From Syntrophorhabdaceae bacterium (GTDB lineage Bacteria > Desulfobacterota > Syntrophorhabdia > Syntrophorhabdales > Syntrophorhabdaceae): a DNA stretch of 64,000 nucleotides. The notes beneath the pieces are model-generated. The model made no database searches. It was not told the origin of the DNA and worked only from the letters and a program-made list of their open reading frames with translations. Made by a program: the position numbers and the translations under genes. The first letter of the stretch is position 1, and every line of letters begins with the position of its first letter. Positions 39,945-50,269 of this stretch are shown piece after piece. The stretch is from NCBI GenBank assembly GCA_963665295.1, contig OY762209.1, forward strand, positions 3,200,001 through 3,264,000, in the 5' to 3' direction.

Positions 39945-40706
39945 ATGACGAGGCCTAACAATCCCAGAAGAGTAGGGTTTCTCGCACAAGTGATATATTT
40001 CAAGCCCGCCGGCGTCAAGATGACGGATTTGGAAGAAATAGTGCTAGGAAATGATGAACTTGAAGCTGTGCGTTTAAAGGACCTACTTGGCATGCCCCAG
40101 GAGGAGGCTGCCAAGGAGATGGGCATCTCTCAGCCCACGTTCCATCGCCTCATTCTCATGGCAAGGCAGAAAATCGCGGATGCCTTCGTAAATGGAAAGG
40201 CAATCCGGATAGACGGCGGCAATATCCATGTGGATGACGACTTCTCTCAGCCCTGTCATTGGAGAAAGCGATGGGGGTGCAAAGCAAAAGCAGGGTCCGA
40301 CGATGAGGTAGATGATACCCCTACAAGAACAAAAGGAGGCAAGATTATGAATATAGCGATTACAAGCACGGATGGAACCCTCGACGGAATGGTGGACGAA
40401 CGCTTCGGGCGAAGCAAGAAAATAGTCCTTTTCAACAACGGAAAACAGTCCTTCGAGGTCGTTGACAATATGGTGAACATGAATGCAGCTCAGGGTGCGG
40501 GTATCCAGACTGCGCAGAATGTGGCGAAAACAGAGGCTCAGGTCGTAATCAGCGGCCATCTCGGGCCAAATGCCTTCCGCGTCTTACAAGCGGCAGGCAT
40601 AGAGGCCTACACGGCGTCGAACATGACGGTGAAGGAAGCCCTGGCGAAACTTGGGGAAGGGACGCTTGCGAAACTCTCCGGCGCCGACGTAGAGGGGCAC
40701 TGGTAA
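39945..40706 (+). CDS. DUF134 HTH regulator fused to a NifB/NifX-family (Orp-like) domain
   Basis: ELEAVRLKD..QEEAA.EMGISQPTF; IAI..DERFGR..GAGIQ..GHLGPNA. Confidence 0.85.
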   Translation: MTRPNNPRRVGFLAQVIYFKPAGVKMTDLEEIVLGNDELEAVRLKDLLGMPQEEAAKEMGISQPTFHRLILMARQKIADAFVNGKAIRIDGGNIHVDDDFSQPCHWRKRWGCKAKAGSDDEVDDTPTRTKGGKIMNIAITSTDGTLDGMVDERFGRSKKIVLFNNGKQSFEVVDNMVNMNAAQGAGIQTAQNVAKTEAQVVISGHLGPNAFRVLQAAGIEAYTASNMTVKEALAKLGEGTLAKLSGADVEGHW

Positions 40707-40723
40707 AAAAGGAGGTATTAATC

Positions 40724-40999
40724 ATGCCAAGAGGTGACGGAACGGGACCAACAGGGGTCGGACCTAAAGTGGCTCGAAATGAAGGAGAGAACAAAGGGGC
40801 AAAGCAGAAAGGCCTCCGAGGTACAGGGGCAGGCCCATGTGCAGGTGCGGGAAACAGAGGGAGAATGGCGGGCAGGAGCTGCGGTCAGCCGGGAGAGTGC
40901 GTATGCCCTCAATGTGGAACAAAAGCGCCTCATGAGCAGGGCATTCCTTGCCTGCAGATGAAATGTCCTCAATGCGGTACGTCCATGGTACGGGCGTAA
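40724..40999 (+). CDS. Small Gly-rich/Cys-rich protein (DUF5320-like start + Zn-ribbon)
   Basis: MPRGDGTGP; CVCPQCG..PC...CPQCG; AGGAGG RBS. Confidence 0.75.
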   Translation: MPRGDGTGPTGVGPKVARNEGENKGAKQKGLRGTGAGPCAGAGNRGRMAGRSCGQPGECVCPQCGTKAPHEQGIPCLQMKCPQCGTSMVRA

Positions 41000-41014
41000 G
41001 ATGAAGGCGAGTTT

Positions 41015-41893
41015 ATGAAAATAGCGTTTACAAGCGGCAAAGGAGGGACAGGAAAAACGACGGTCGCAGTTAATCTAGCCTATTTCCTTGCCAATTCAGG
41101 TCAACAGGTCCAGTATCTCGACTGCGACGTGGAGGAACCCAACGGCCATATCTTCCTGAAGCCGGAGATCCGTATAAAACGGTCCGCAAAAGTCATGGTG
41201 CCCGTGATTGACCAGGATAAATGTACCTCATGTGGAGACTGCAGCGCCAAGTGCCAGTTTAACGCAATGGTGACGCTCCCGGGAAACACGCTCATTTTTC
41301 CTGAACTTTGTCATAGCTGCGGTCTTTGTGTAAGAATCTGTCCCCAGGGCGCCCTTAGCGAAGGCGAGCGGGAGATCGGGCATATAGAGGAAGGAAAATC
41401 CTTTACCACTATAGATTTCGTCAGCGGAGTGCTTCACGTAGGTGAACCGATGGCGGGGCCGCTTATTCAGCAGGTCAAAAAGGAGTGCGGGCAGGGTTGC
41501 ACCCAGATTATTGACGCGCCGCCGGGAACCTCGTGTCCCGTCGTGAAAACCATCTCAGACGCGGACTACGTGGTGATGGTCACGGAGCCCACGCCCTTCG
41601 GCCTCCACGACCTGAGAATAGCCGTGTCCGTGGCGCGAAACCTGTCCAAGCCGGTCGGCGTCGTGATTAACAGGGCCAACGGCAAGTTCTCCCCTCTCGA
41701 CGACTACTTGTCGGAAGAAGGCCTGCCTGTACTGATGATCCTGCCTGAAGACCGCGAGATTTCAGTCAGCTACTCGACGGGCAACCTCATTCTTCAGACC
41801 CTGCCTGCCTATATGAAACAATTCATGGAATTGATCGTCAATATCGGGAGAATATCGGGTAGCGCGCGAAGGGGGCAGGGGACATGGAACTGA
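41015..41893 (+). CDS. MinD/ParA-like ATPase with 2x[4Fe-4S] insert (Orp3/4-like)
   Basis: SGKGGTGKT, DCDVEEPN, two CxxCxxCxxxC, DAPPGTSCP, TEPTPFG. Confidence 0.88.
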   Translation: MKIAFTSGKGGTGKTTVAVNLAYFLANSGQQVQYLDCDVEEPNGHIFLKPEIRIKRSAKVMVPVIDQDKCTSCGDCSAKCQFNAMVTLPGNTLIFPELCHSCGLCVRICPQGALSEGEREIGHIEEGKSFTTIDFVSGVLHVGEPMAGPLIQQVKKECGQGCTQIIDAPPGTSCPVVKTISDADYVVMVTEPTPFGLHDLRIAVSVARNLSKPVGVVINRANGKFSPLDDYLSEEGLPVLMILPEDREISVSYSTGNLILQTLPAYMKQFMELIVNIGRISGSARRGQGTWN

Positions 41894-42768
41894 TAAAGGA
41901 AGTGGTTGTGGTGAGTGGAAAGGGCGGGACGGGCAAAACCTCTCTTTCGGGCGCCCTCGCGACCTTGTTCCAAAACAGGGTAATAGCGGATTGCGACGTG
42001 GATGCGGCAAATCTTCATCTCATTCTCAATCCCGAAGAGGCTTCTCGAAGTATGGTGTTTATGGGAGGAAAGAAGGCAAAGATCAACCCGGAGTCCTGCG
42101 TACGGTGTGGGACATGCAAAGAGGTATGCCGTTCCATGGCTATATCCGAGAATTTTATGGTAGACCCGTTCCTGTGCGAGGGCTGCGGAGCATGCTATTT
42201 TCTCTGCCCGGCAGAGGCAGTCAGTTTCTCCTCCCATCTGGCGGGGCATTGCTATGCAAGCCGTATTGCAGATGACGGTCGGTTTGTCCATGCTGAAATC
42301 TTTCCGGGAGAGGAGAACTCAGGGAAACTCGTTGCCATGGTGAGAGATGAGGCACGCAAAGAGGCGGAAGAGGCCGGTCACAGGCTTATCCTTATCGACG
42401 GCCCACCCGGCATAGGGTGCCAGGTGATTTCTTCTCTCACCGGGACCAATCTGGCCGTGGTGGTGACGGAGCCGACGCCCTCGGGCATCCACGACCTGAA
42501 ACGGGTGGTCGAATTAATCAAACACTTCCGGATCAAGGCCGCGCTGGTAGTGAATAAGGGTGATATTAACCCTCAATACACCGGGGAAATGAGGTCGTAC
42601 TGCGATGCGCAAGACCTTCTTTATCTCGGTGAAATCCCCTACGAACCGAAGATTACGGCGGCGCAAAAACAGGCGATGACAATTCTCGAATTTGACCCCC
42701 ACTGCGAGGCAAGTGAGGCAATACGAGCTATCTACACAAAACTACAATCAGCTTTGGAGGAATTATGA
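41884..42768 (+). CDS. MinD/ParA-like ATPase with 2x[4Fe-4S] insert (Orp3/4-like paralog)
   Basis: SGKGGTGKT, DCDVDAANL, CVRCGTC, CEGCGAC, ENSGKLV. Confidence 0.88.
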   Translation: MELIKEVVVVSGKGGTGKTSLSGALATLFQNRVIADCDVDAANLHLILNPEEASRSMVFMGGKKAKINPESCVRCGTCKEVCRSMAISENFMVDPFLCEGCGACYFLCPAEAVSFSSHLAGHCYASRIADDGRFVHAEIFPGEENSGKLVAMVRDEARKEAEEAGHRLILIDGPPGIGCQVISSLTGTNLAVVVTEPTPSGIHDLKRVVELIKHFRIKAALVVNKGDINPQYTGEMRSYCDAQDLLYLGEIPYEPKITAAQKQAMTILEFDPHCEASEAIRAIYTKLQSALEEL

Positions 42769-44024
42769 ACTGCAACGAAACAACTGATGATGCAATAAGC
42801 GACGAGGCTCTCAAGGCAAGACTTGACCGGATCGGTCATGTCTTTATCGTTCTTTCCGGCAAGGGAGGTGTAGGAAAGAGCACGGTGGCGGTAAATCTGG
42901 CCATGAGCCTCTCTTTAAGGGGATTGAGGACGGGAATACTTGACGTTGATATCCACGGCCCGAGCATACCGAAACTGCTCGGACTTTCGGGTCAAAGGAT
43001 CGGAGTTAAGAATGAAGAGATTGTCCCCTTGGAGGCGTATGGCAATCTTAAAGCGGTTTCCATGGGATTCTTCCTCGACGGAAATGAGCTTCCGGTCATA
43101 TGGAGAGGGCCGATGAAAGCGAAAATGATACGTGAATTTGTTGAGCACGTTGCGTGGGGAGACCTTGACTGTCTCGTGGTGGATTGTCCTCCGGGAACGG
43201 GCGATGAGCCTCTTTCGGTCGCACAGATCTTTGGCGCGAAAAGCAGCGGGATCATCGTCACCACCCCCCAGCAGATCGCCACTATCGATGTGGAGAAGTG
43301 CATTACCTTCTGCGGGCAACTGGGCATCCCGGTTGCGGGAATCGTGGAAAATATGAGCGGATTCGTCTGCCCTGAGTGCGGCAAAGAGGTGGATATCTTT
43401 TCTTCCGGAGGGGGGCAAAAGCTGGCGGACAAATTTGACCTTCCCTTCCTCGGAAAAATCCCTCTCGATCCGGACATCGTGAAGAGCGGCGACGAGGAAC
43501 AACCCTACATCTACTTTTACTCAAAGACCAAAACAGCGGAGAGGTTTGGTGAGATCATCGAGCAGATAGTCTCTTTCGGAAAAGAAGTAGAGGCTGATAG
43601 CCAGGAAGGCGCGTGCTGTTCCGGTCCGTCCTCTTGTCAACAGGATGAGAAAAATGCACCACAGATTATGAATAACAAGGAGGATACCATGAGATTTGCA
43701 GTCCCGACAAATGAAGGAAAGTTGTGCGCTCACTTTGGCCACTGTGAAAAATTTGCCCTTATCGATACCGATGCAAACGGCGCCATAGTGAATGAGAGCT
43801 ATATCACCCCGCCTCCCCACGAACCCGGACTTCTGCCTCCATGGCTTTCCGAGCAGGGCGTCAACTGCATTATAGCCGGTGGAATGGGCAGCCGCGCACA
43901 GCAGCTTTTTGCTCAGCAGAGCGTGAAGGTGGTTACCGGTGCGCAGGGCGAAATCCCGAGAGAGATCGTCGAGAATTACCTCAAGGGGGCACTCCTCACC
44001 GGAACGAACACCTGCGACCATTAG
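42765..44024 (+). CDS. Mrp/NBP35 Fe-S carrier ATPase fused to NifB/NifX domain (MrpORP-like)
   Basis: SGKGGVGKS, WRGP, PPGTGD, ENMS.F.CPEC; C-terminal AHFGHC..PPHEPG..GGMG..NTCDH. Confidence 0.9.
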   Translation: MNCNETTDDAISDEALKARLDRIGHVFIVLSGKGGVGKSTVAVNLAMSLSLRGLRTGILDVDIHGPSIPKLLGLSGQRIGVKNEEIVPLEAYGNLKAVSMGFFLDGNELPVIWRGPMKAKMIREFVEHVAWGDLDCLVVDCPPGTGDEPLSVAQIFGAKSSGIIVTTPQQIATIDVEKCITFCGQLGIPVAGIVENMSGFVCPECGKEVDIFSSGGGQKLADKFDLPFLGKIPLDPDIVKSGDEEQPYIYFYSKTKTAERFGEIIEQIVSFGKEVEADSQEGACCSGPSSCQQDEKNAPQIMNNKEDTMRFAVPTNEGKLCAHFGHCEKFALIDTDANGAIVNESYITPPPHEPGLLPPWLSEQGVNCIIAGGMGSRAQQLFAQQSVKVVTGAQGEIPREIVENYLKGALLTGTNTCDH

Positions 44025-44079
44025 GCAGCGGTATGTGCGGAAGGAGTCGGTGAGGAAGACCAAAACATAGGGGGCAGCG

Positions 44080-45033
44080 ATGGTGAAAATTCCTGAAGTG
44101 GACAAACTGAGTCTCACGGTCATTACCGACAACTACTATGATTCGCTCAGGCCGGCTCCCGCTTTTGCAGAAAGGTACCGTGCAGCCCCGAACGCATCTC
44201 TCTACGCCGAGCACGGCCTCTCCTGCTATATGGAGGTTGTGATCGACGGCAGGGCGCGGGGGTTCATGTTCGATTACGGGTCTGACTCGCCTGGAATCGT
44301 AAGGAACATGGACTTCCTGAAGATAGATGTGGGCAGGGTACTGGCCTTCGGCTTAAGCCATGGTCATTTTGACCATTGGGGAGGCCTTATAGGTCTCCTA
44401 AGGCATAATGCATCAAAAATCACGAAAGGCACCCCGCTGTATGTGGGAGAGGAGGCCTTTGCCCACAGATATTCTCTCCGCCCTTCGGACGCTGAACCGC
44501 AGGACATCGGTCAGTTGACCAATTACATTGACAGGCTCGGCATTGTAAAAATAGTTGAAATAAAGGATCCCACAGAGGTGATTCCCGGAGGGTATCTTAC
44601 GGGGAATATAGAGAGGGTCACGGATTACGAAAAGGGGTCGTCGTCCCTGCTCGTGGAACGGAGCGGGAAGCTGGAGCATGACGAATTTCCCGGCGAACAA
44701 GCTGTTGTGTGGAATATAAAGGACAAGGGGCTTGTTATACTCTCGGGATGTGCCCACGCGGGCATCGTAAACACGGTAAAACATGCGCGGAAAATGTCAG
44801 GTGTCGAGAAAGTCCATGCCGTAGTAGGAGGGTTCCATCTGGTCAATGCGGAATTTGCGACAATTGAGAGGACCCTGGCTGATCTTAAAAAGATCGGCCC
44901 CGACCATGTCATCCCTGCGCACTGCACCGGGTTCGAGGCGATTCAAGTCTTTGCAAAGGAGATGGCGAAACAGTTTACCCTCAATACTGTGGGTACAAAA
45001 TATACGTTCGGAGCGGGGAGAGATGATGGGTAA
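44080..45033 (+). CDS. MBL-fold metallohydrolase (DHPS-like subfamily)
   Basis: AEHGLS, SHGHFDH, GCAHAG, GGFHL, AHCTG. Confidence 0.85.
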   Translation: MVKIPEVDKLSLTVITDNYYDSLRPAPAFAERYRAAPNASLYAEHGLSCYMEVVIDGRARGFMFDYGSDSPGIVRNMDFLKIDVGRVLAFGLSHGHFDHWGGLIGLLRHNASKITKGTPLYVGEEAFAHRYSLRPSDAEPQDIGQLTNYIDRLGIVKIVEIKDPTEVIPGGYLTGNIERVTDYEKGSSSLLVERSGKLEHDEFPGEQAVVWNIKDKGLVILSGCAHAGIVNTVKHARKMSGVEKVHAVVGGFHLVNAEFATIERTLADLKKIGPDHVIPAHCTGFEAIQVFAKEMAKQFTLNTVGTKYTFGAGRDDG

Positions 45034-45793
45034 GGAAAAGGACTCCATGTTACAGAGTGCACATGACGCGTTCGAAGGAATGGTGAGAGAATACGGTCTT
45101 CTGGACAGGGAGGTATCCGTTCTCGTGAAGACCCTTTCTGCCGAAGAGGCGATCGGCACCCCGGGAAGAAGAGATTTTCCTATTACCCTTGGCCGTGAGA
45201 GGGTAGTAGAGGCAGAGTTTCTCGGTGTCAAGGCCCACGCCTTCACGGATTCACCGTGTGAATTTGTGGGGACATTACAGGGAATAATAGATTTGCCTCT
45301 TCTTACGAACGGACAGCGAGCCATGTACATTGCAGTCATGAACGCAGTCCTTCGCCACCTCGACATTATTGAATCCACGCTTCATTGCAGGGACGAGGAA
45401 CCTGAAAAGTGCGCAGCGGAAGTATCTTCCTTCATAAAGACAAAATTTGGCTCGATCAGGATCGGTCTCGTCGGTTTGAACCCTGCGATCGCCGAGAGGC
45501 TGAGTCAGGACTTCGGCAGCGGGAATATGAGAATAACTGACCTTAATAGTCTCAATATCGGCTCAACAAAATTCGGGGTGGAGATATGGGATGGCGGGTC
45601 GGAGACGGAGCGTCTGGTCAAGGACTCCGATCTTGTGATTCTCACGGGAACTACATTCGTAAATGACACGTTTGACGCCATCTGGAGCCTCATAGACAAA
45701 TATGAAAAGGAGTATCTTGTCTTTGGAGTGACGGCGGCGGGCATCTCGGAAACTATGAGTTTGCACAGGATATGTCCTTATGGGAGAAAATGA
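45023..45793 (+). CDS. DUF364 Rossmann-like putative metal-chelation protein
   Basis: LSAEEAIG.P.R.DFP, AFTD, LTGTTFVNDT. Confidence 0.7.
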   Translation: MMGKEKDSMLQSAHDAFEGMVREYGLLDREVSVLVKTLSAEEAIGTPGRRDFPITLGRERVVEAEFLGVKAHAFTDSPCEFVGTLQGIIDLPLLTNGQRAMYIAVMNAVLRHLDIIESTLHCRDEEPEKCAAEVSSFIKTKFGSIRIGLVGLNPAIAERLSQDFGSGNMRITDLNSLNIGSTKFGVEIWDGGSETERLVKDSDLVILTGTTFVNDTFDAIWSLIDKYEKEYLVFGVTAAGISETMSLHRICPYGRK

Positions 45794-45869
45794 CCGGATT
45801 GGAGACCCCGACTGCCCTAACCGGGACAGGGCATGGAACGCAAATATATTGAATGAGGAGTTTTTGGTT

Positions 45870-46661
45870 ATGCAAAATGTAAAAATAGTCATAAAGGGAG
45901 CGGGAGAAATGGCCACAGGAATAGCCCACCGGTTGTTTATGGCCAACCTCACGTCTATCGTGATGACCGAAATACCTGAGCCGGTCTGCGTTCGACGCAC
46001 CGTTGCGTTTTCTGAAGCCGTTTACGAGTGGCAGGCGAAAGTCGAAGGTATCGAAGCGAAGCTCATCAAAGACCGGAATGAGCTTGACAGTGTGTGGGAG
46101 TCCGAAAAAATAGCCGTCATCGTTGATCCTGAATGGAAGATAGTAAACGATCTCAGGCCCGATGTAGTGGTGGATGCAACAATGGTCAAGCGCTATACGG
46201 GAACGAAAAAGGAAGAGGCTCCCCTGGTTATCGGCGTGGGGCCGGGCTTTCTCGCATCCCACGACGTCCATGCAGTGGTGGAAAGCAACAGGGGCCACTA
46301 CCTGGGGAGAGTGCTTTGGAACGGCTCCGCAGAGCCGCGCAACGGTGTCCCCGGCGCCGTCATGGGATACGCGAGGGAGAGGGTGCTCAGGGCGCCTCGG
46401 GCTGGAATTGTGAAGCATGCCAAAGCATTAGGGGATTCGGTCAACAAGGGGAACCTTATTCTCCATATAGGCGAGACGCCTGTATATGCCACGATTGCCG
46501 GAGTCTTGCGTGGGCTGATTCGTGAGATATCCGTTCCAAAGGGCGAGAAAATAGGGGACATCGATCCTCGAGAGAAAATAGAGTATTGCTACACCATCAC
46601 GGACAAGGCGCGCGCTATCGCGGGCGGCGTACTGGAAGCGATAATGCACTTTTACAATTGA
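45870..46661 (+). CDS. yqeB: Selenium-dependent molybdenum hydroxylase system protein YqeB
   Basis: IKGAGEMATGIA.RL, VRR.VAFSEA, GPGF, ESNRGH.LG, ERVLRAP, KIGDIDPR, DKARAIAGGVLEA. Confidence 0.9.
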   Translation: MQNVKIVIKGAGEMATGIAHRLFMANLTSIVMTEIPEPVCVRRTVAFSEAVYEWQAKVEGIEAKLIKDRNELDSVWESEKIAVIVDPEWKIVNDLRPDVVVDATMVKRYTGTKKEEAPLVIGVGPGFLASHDVHAVVESNRGHYLGRVLWNGSAEPRNGVPGAVMGYARERVLRAPRAGIVKHAKALGDSVNKGNLILHIGETPVYATIAGVLRGLIREISVPKGEKIGDIDPREKIEYCYTITDKARAIAGGVLEAIMHFYN

Positions 46662-46671
46662 GGGCAGGGAG

Positions 46672-47670
46672 ATGTACATTTACGGCATAATTAATGAATA
46701 TCTGAGAAATGGGCATGGCGGCATACTGGCCACGGTGATCAAAAGAACCGGCTCTGCCCCCAGAGACGTGGGCACCAAGATGTTTATGGGCGATGACGGC
46801 AAGGTATTCGGCACCATAGGCGGCGGCAGGGTTGAAGCCGAGGTCCGCGAGGAAACCCAATTGATCATGAATAAGGGCGTGACAAAAGTCCTTTGTGTCT
46901 ACACTGATACGCAAATAACAGAGGACCAGGAGATGACCTGCGGGGGTGACCTCGAAGTGCTTCTGGAACCCGTGACCAGGGGGCAGCTTGACGTCTACCA
47001 AGGGATAGAGGCTTTTGGAAAATCGAGGAGAAGGGGTCTCGTTATCACCAAGTTCCGCAACCACGGCCTGACCAAAAGCCTCGTAGACAGGGATATGAAA
47101 ACCATTGGCGATACGCTCGCTGAAGAGATGATGGAGTTTTCTGAGACTCTCTTCCATGAGAAGAAGCTTACGGTGATGGACGGTGTGCTGATAGACCCCA
47201 TCCAGCTTGCATTCCCCCTGTATCTTTTCGGCGCCGGCCATGTCTCCAGATATGTTTCCATGATCGCGAAGATCGCCGAGTTTGACGTCACCGTCATCGA
47301 TGACAGGGAGCAATATGCAAATAGGGAAAGGTTCCCTGATGCGGATGTGATCATTGCAGGGGATTTTCAGGACGCCTTTGGCTATCTTGATTTTACGGGC
47401 AACGAGTATGTGGTGATCGTGTCAAGGAGCCATGAGACGGATGAGGCTTACCTGCATAAAGCCCTTCTGAAGCCTTCGAAGTACATAGGGATGATCGGCA
47501 GCAAAAGAAAAGTGAAGGCCATTTTTGACCACCTGAAGGAAAAGGGGTTTACCGACACAGATATGGAGAGAGTTCACTCGCCCATAGGGATTCCTATTGA
47601 TGCAGAGACACCGCAGGAAATAGCGGTCAGTATTGTCGCGGAGCTTATTCAGGCCAGGGCGGGAACGTAG
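46672..47670 (+). CDS. xdhC: XdhC/CoxI Mo-cofactor insertion chaperone
   Basis: GSAPR, GTIGGG, CGG, FGAGHV, DDR, YIGMIGSKRK, PIG..I.AETPQEIAVSI.AEL. Confidence 0.9.
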   Translation: MYIYGIINEYLRNGHGGILATVIKRTGSAPRDVGTKMFMGDDGKVFGTIGGGRVEAEVREETQLIMNKGVTKVLCVYTDTQITEDQEMTCGGDLEVLLEPVTRGQLDVYQGIEAFGKSRRRGLVITKFRNHGLTKSLVDRDMKTIGDTLAEEMMEFSETLFHEKKLTVMDGVLIDPIQLAFPLYLFGAGHVSRYVSMIAKIAEFDVTVIDDREQYANRERFPDADVIIAGDFQDAFGYLDFTGNEYVVIVSRSHETDEAYLHKALLKPSKYIGMIGSKRKVKAIFDHLKEKGFTDTDMERVHSPIGIPIDAETPQEIAVSIVAELIQARAGT

Positions 47671-47724
47671 CAGAGTTGTAAGCGGGACGTGGGCACACAG
47701 CGTTCCGGCAGGAAGGGAAAGCGG

Positions 47725-48348
47725 ATGGCGAAAGCGGAAGCCTTTGAGGGTTTCACGAGGGAATACGATGAATGGTTTGTCGTAAATGACAGCGCCTACG
47801 TATCCGAAATGAGGGCAATAAGGCGCCTCCTCCCCGAGAGCGGATCAGGGTTGGAAGTAGGGGTGGGAACCGGAAGATTCGGGGCGCTCCTGGGAGTGGG
47901 GGTCGGGGTCGATCCATCTCACAAAATGGCGTGCCTTTCAAAAGACCGCGGACTTAAGATGTGCGAAGCGGTGGCCGAAGATTTACCTTTCCCCGATGCA
48001 ACTTTTGATTTTGTTCTTATGGTGACCGCGATCTGTTTCTTTGACGATTTGGAGAGGGCTCTTTCGGAGGCTTACAGGGTGTTGATGCCGAGAGGGGCCA
48101 TCATCATCGGGTTCATAGACAGGGAGAGTGGTCTGGGACAGCAGTACCGGTTGAAAAAGGAGAGAAGCAGATTCTACCAAAATGCCATTTTCTACTCAGC
48201 GGAGGAAGTGGCAGCGTACCTGAAAAGGGCGGGATTCCATGTCTTTGGGTTTATGCAGACTTTGTTTCAAAGCGGCGTACTGGAAGAGGAGCAAGCGAGG
48301 AACGGTTTTGGCGAAGGTGGTTTCGTTGTGGTGAGGGCTGAAAGGTAG
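47725..48348 (+). CDS. Class I SAM-dependent methyltransferase
   Basis: LEVGVGTGRF, GVDPS, AEDLPF. Confidence 0.85.
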   Translation: MAKAEAFEGFTREYDEWFVVNDSAYVSEMRAIRRLLPESGSGLEVGVGTGRFGALLGVGVGVDPSHKMACLSKDRGLKMCEAVAEDLPFPDATFDFVLMVTAICFFDDLERALSEAYRVLMPRGAIIIGFIDRESGLGQQYRLKKERSRFYQNAIFYSAEEVAAYLKRAGFHVFGFMQTLFQSGVLEEEQARNGFGEGGFVVVRAER

Positions 48349-48379
48349 AAAGAGAAATACAAAGAAATGAGGGGAAGAG

Positions 48380-49150
48380 ATGGAAATTCTGAATGATATT
48401 CTGCAGAACATAGCGACGGATGCAGCAGTAACGGAAGTGAGACGGGGTCTTCACTGGACAGCGGTGGTAAGCAGACATTGCGGTCTGGCATCGACTCTGG
48501 ATGCGGGCTCCTGCGCCCACGAGGATGACAACAAGACAGAGGGCTCCTTCACTGAAATGACTGCCCTGCAGCTTGCCCGATACTGCCTTTCCGAAGACAC
48601 AGGCATGGCGTCGCTCGGAATTGCCGCCCTAAACTCCCTTCTTGATGTGGATGTGGAAAAGTGCGCGGATCTGGACGGGCTGAAACTGGTCCATGACATA
48701 GGAAAAGGGAAGAACGTCTCAATCATAGGCCACTTCCCCTTCCTGGAAGACCTCGCAAAGACCGCGGCGAACCTCTGGATCATAGAAAAGCACCCGAGAC
48801 CCGGAGATATCCCCGAGGAGGGAGGAAAGGACTATATCGCCCGCTCCGATATCGTGGTGATCTCAGGCACCACCCTGATTAACCACACCCTGACCGGCAT
48901 TCTGGAATGGTGTAAGGAAAAAAGCGTCAAGATGCTCCTCGGTCCCTCTACCCCCATGTCGGAGACTCTCTTCGATTGCGGCATAGACATTCTGTCGGGG
49001 AGCATGGTGACAGACAAAGAGGCGCTGCTCAAGCTCGTCGGCGAGGGGGTGAGCTATATGAGGATCAAAAAATCAGGCGCCACGAGATTTGTTACCATGG
49101 TGAAAAACATGGGTGATATCAGGAAGAAAGCAAACAATGCTACACAATAG
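48380..49150 (+). CDS. DUF364 (with DUF4213-like N-terminus) protein
   Basis: WTAV, CGLAST, GIAALNS, IGHFP, SGTTLINHT, LGPSTP. Confidence 0.8.
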   Translation: MEILNDILQNIATDAAVTEVRRGLHWTAVVSRHCGLASTLDAGSCAHEDDNKTEGSFTEMTALQLARYCLSEDTGMASLGIAALNSLLDVDVEKCADLDGLKLVHDIGKGKNVSIIGHFPFLEDLAKTAANLWIIEKHPRPGDIPEEGGKDYIARSDIVVISGTTLINHTLTGILEWCKEKSVKMLLGPSTPMSETLFDCGIDILSGSMVTDKEALLKLVGEGVSYMRIKKSGATRFVTMVKNMGDIRKKANNATQ

Positions 49151-49182
49151 ACGGTGACTGAGAAATAAGGAGGAATCAGGGA

Positions 49183-49575
49183 ATGAACATTTACAGTGAT
49201 AAGGTGCTTGACCACTTTCAGCGACCCAGGAACTCGGGGATTCTTGAAGACGCGAACGGAGTCGGCGAATTCGGCGATCCGGGTTGCGGGGACTTTCTTA
49301 AGGTCTTTCTCAAGGTGGAAGGTGATACCATCGCGGACGTAAAGTATCAGATAAGGGGTTGCCCGGCCTCCATCGCCTGTGCCAGTGCCATGAGCGAGCT
49401 TGCCATGGGCAAGAACCTTGACGATGCCATGATGATCATGGATGAGGACATCGTGGAGGCCCTCGACGGACTGCCTGAGCATAAACTTCACTGCTCGAAC
49501 CTGGGAGCGGTGGGGCTTAAGAAGGCCATCACCGACTATTTTGAGAAATACGTGGCTCAAGGAGGGGCAGCATAG
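49183..49575 (+). CDS. IscU/NifU-N Fe-S scaffold
   Basis: YSDKVLDHF..PRN, CGD, GC, LP..KLHCS. Confidence 0.9.
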   Translation: MNIYSDKVLDHFQRPRNSGILEDANGVGEFGDPGCGDFLKVFLKVEGDTIADVKYQIRGCPASIACASAMSELAMGKNLDDAMMIMDEDIVEALDGLPEHKLHCSNLGAVGLKKAITDYFEKYVAQGGAA

Positions 49576-49646
49576 AGATATGCCGGGCTTCAGTGTGTAC
49601 TGCTGAAAAGGTTTTGTCCTGAACCGGGCATAATAAGGGGGTACAT

Positions 49647-50180
49647 ATGTTTTTCAAGTTCGACGGGAAGCAGCCGCAGGTGGGAAAGACGGGTACCTAT
49701 GTGAGCGAAACAGCCCAGGTCATCGGGGATGTGCGGATCGGCAATCTCTGTTATATCGGTCATGGGGCCATCCTGCGCGGCGATTACGGGACCATCGAGA
49801 TAGGGGATGGAACGGCGATTGAAGAAGGGGTTATGGTCCACGCCCCTCCCGAGGACCGTTGCTCCATAGGCCAGGGAGTGACTATAGGTCATGGGGCCAT
49901 AGTCCATGCAAAGCGGATAGGCGACTTCGTGGGAATTGGGATGGGCGCAATATTGAGTATCCGCTCGGAAGTAGGAGATGGTTCCATTATTGCGGAAGGG
50001 GCGGTAGTCAAAAGGGAACAGAAGATACCCGAATCCATCGTGGCGGCAGGCAATCCGGCGAGGAAGATTAAGGATGTGACCGAAAGGGAACGGGACTTCT
50101 GGAATTGGGGACGACAGGTTTACAGAGATCTGGCGCAGAAGTACTTGGACATCGGCATGGAGAGGATCAACATATATTGA
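49647..50180 (+). CDS. Gamma carbonic anhydrase family hexapeptide-repeat protein
   Basis: VIGDV.IG, LRGD, TIGHGAIVH, GMGA, AGNPA. Confidence 0.88.
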   Translation: MFFKFDGKQPQVGKTGTYVSETAQVIGDVRIGNLCYIGHGAILRGDYGTIEIGDGTAIEEGVMVHAPPEDRCSIGQGVTIGHGAIVHAKRIGDFVGIGMGAILSIRSEVGDGSIIAEGAVVKREQKIPESIVAAGNPARKIKDVTERERDFWNWGRQVYRDLAQKYLDIGMERINIY

Positions 50181-50269
50181 CAACGCGTTTTGGCTCGGAT
50201 ACTAAAGGAAGCCTGCCAGAGGTGACTCAGGTTTCCTTTTCAAATGAGCCCGGCGTAAAGGAGGTTGTC

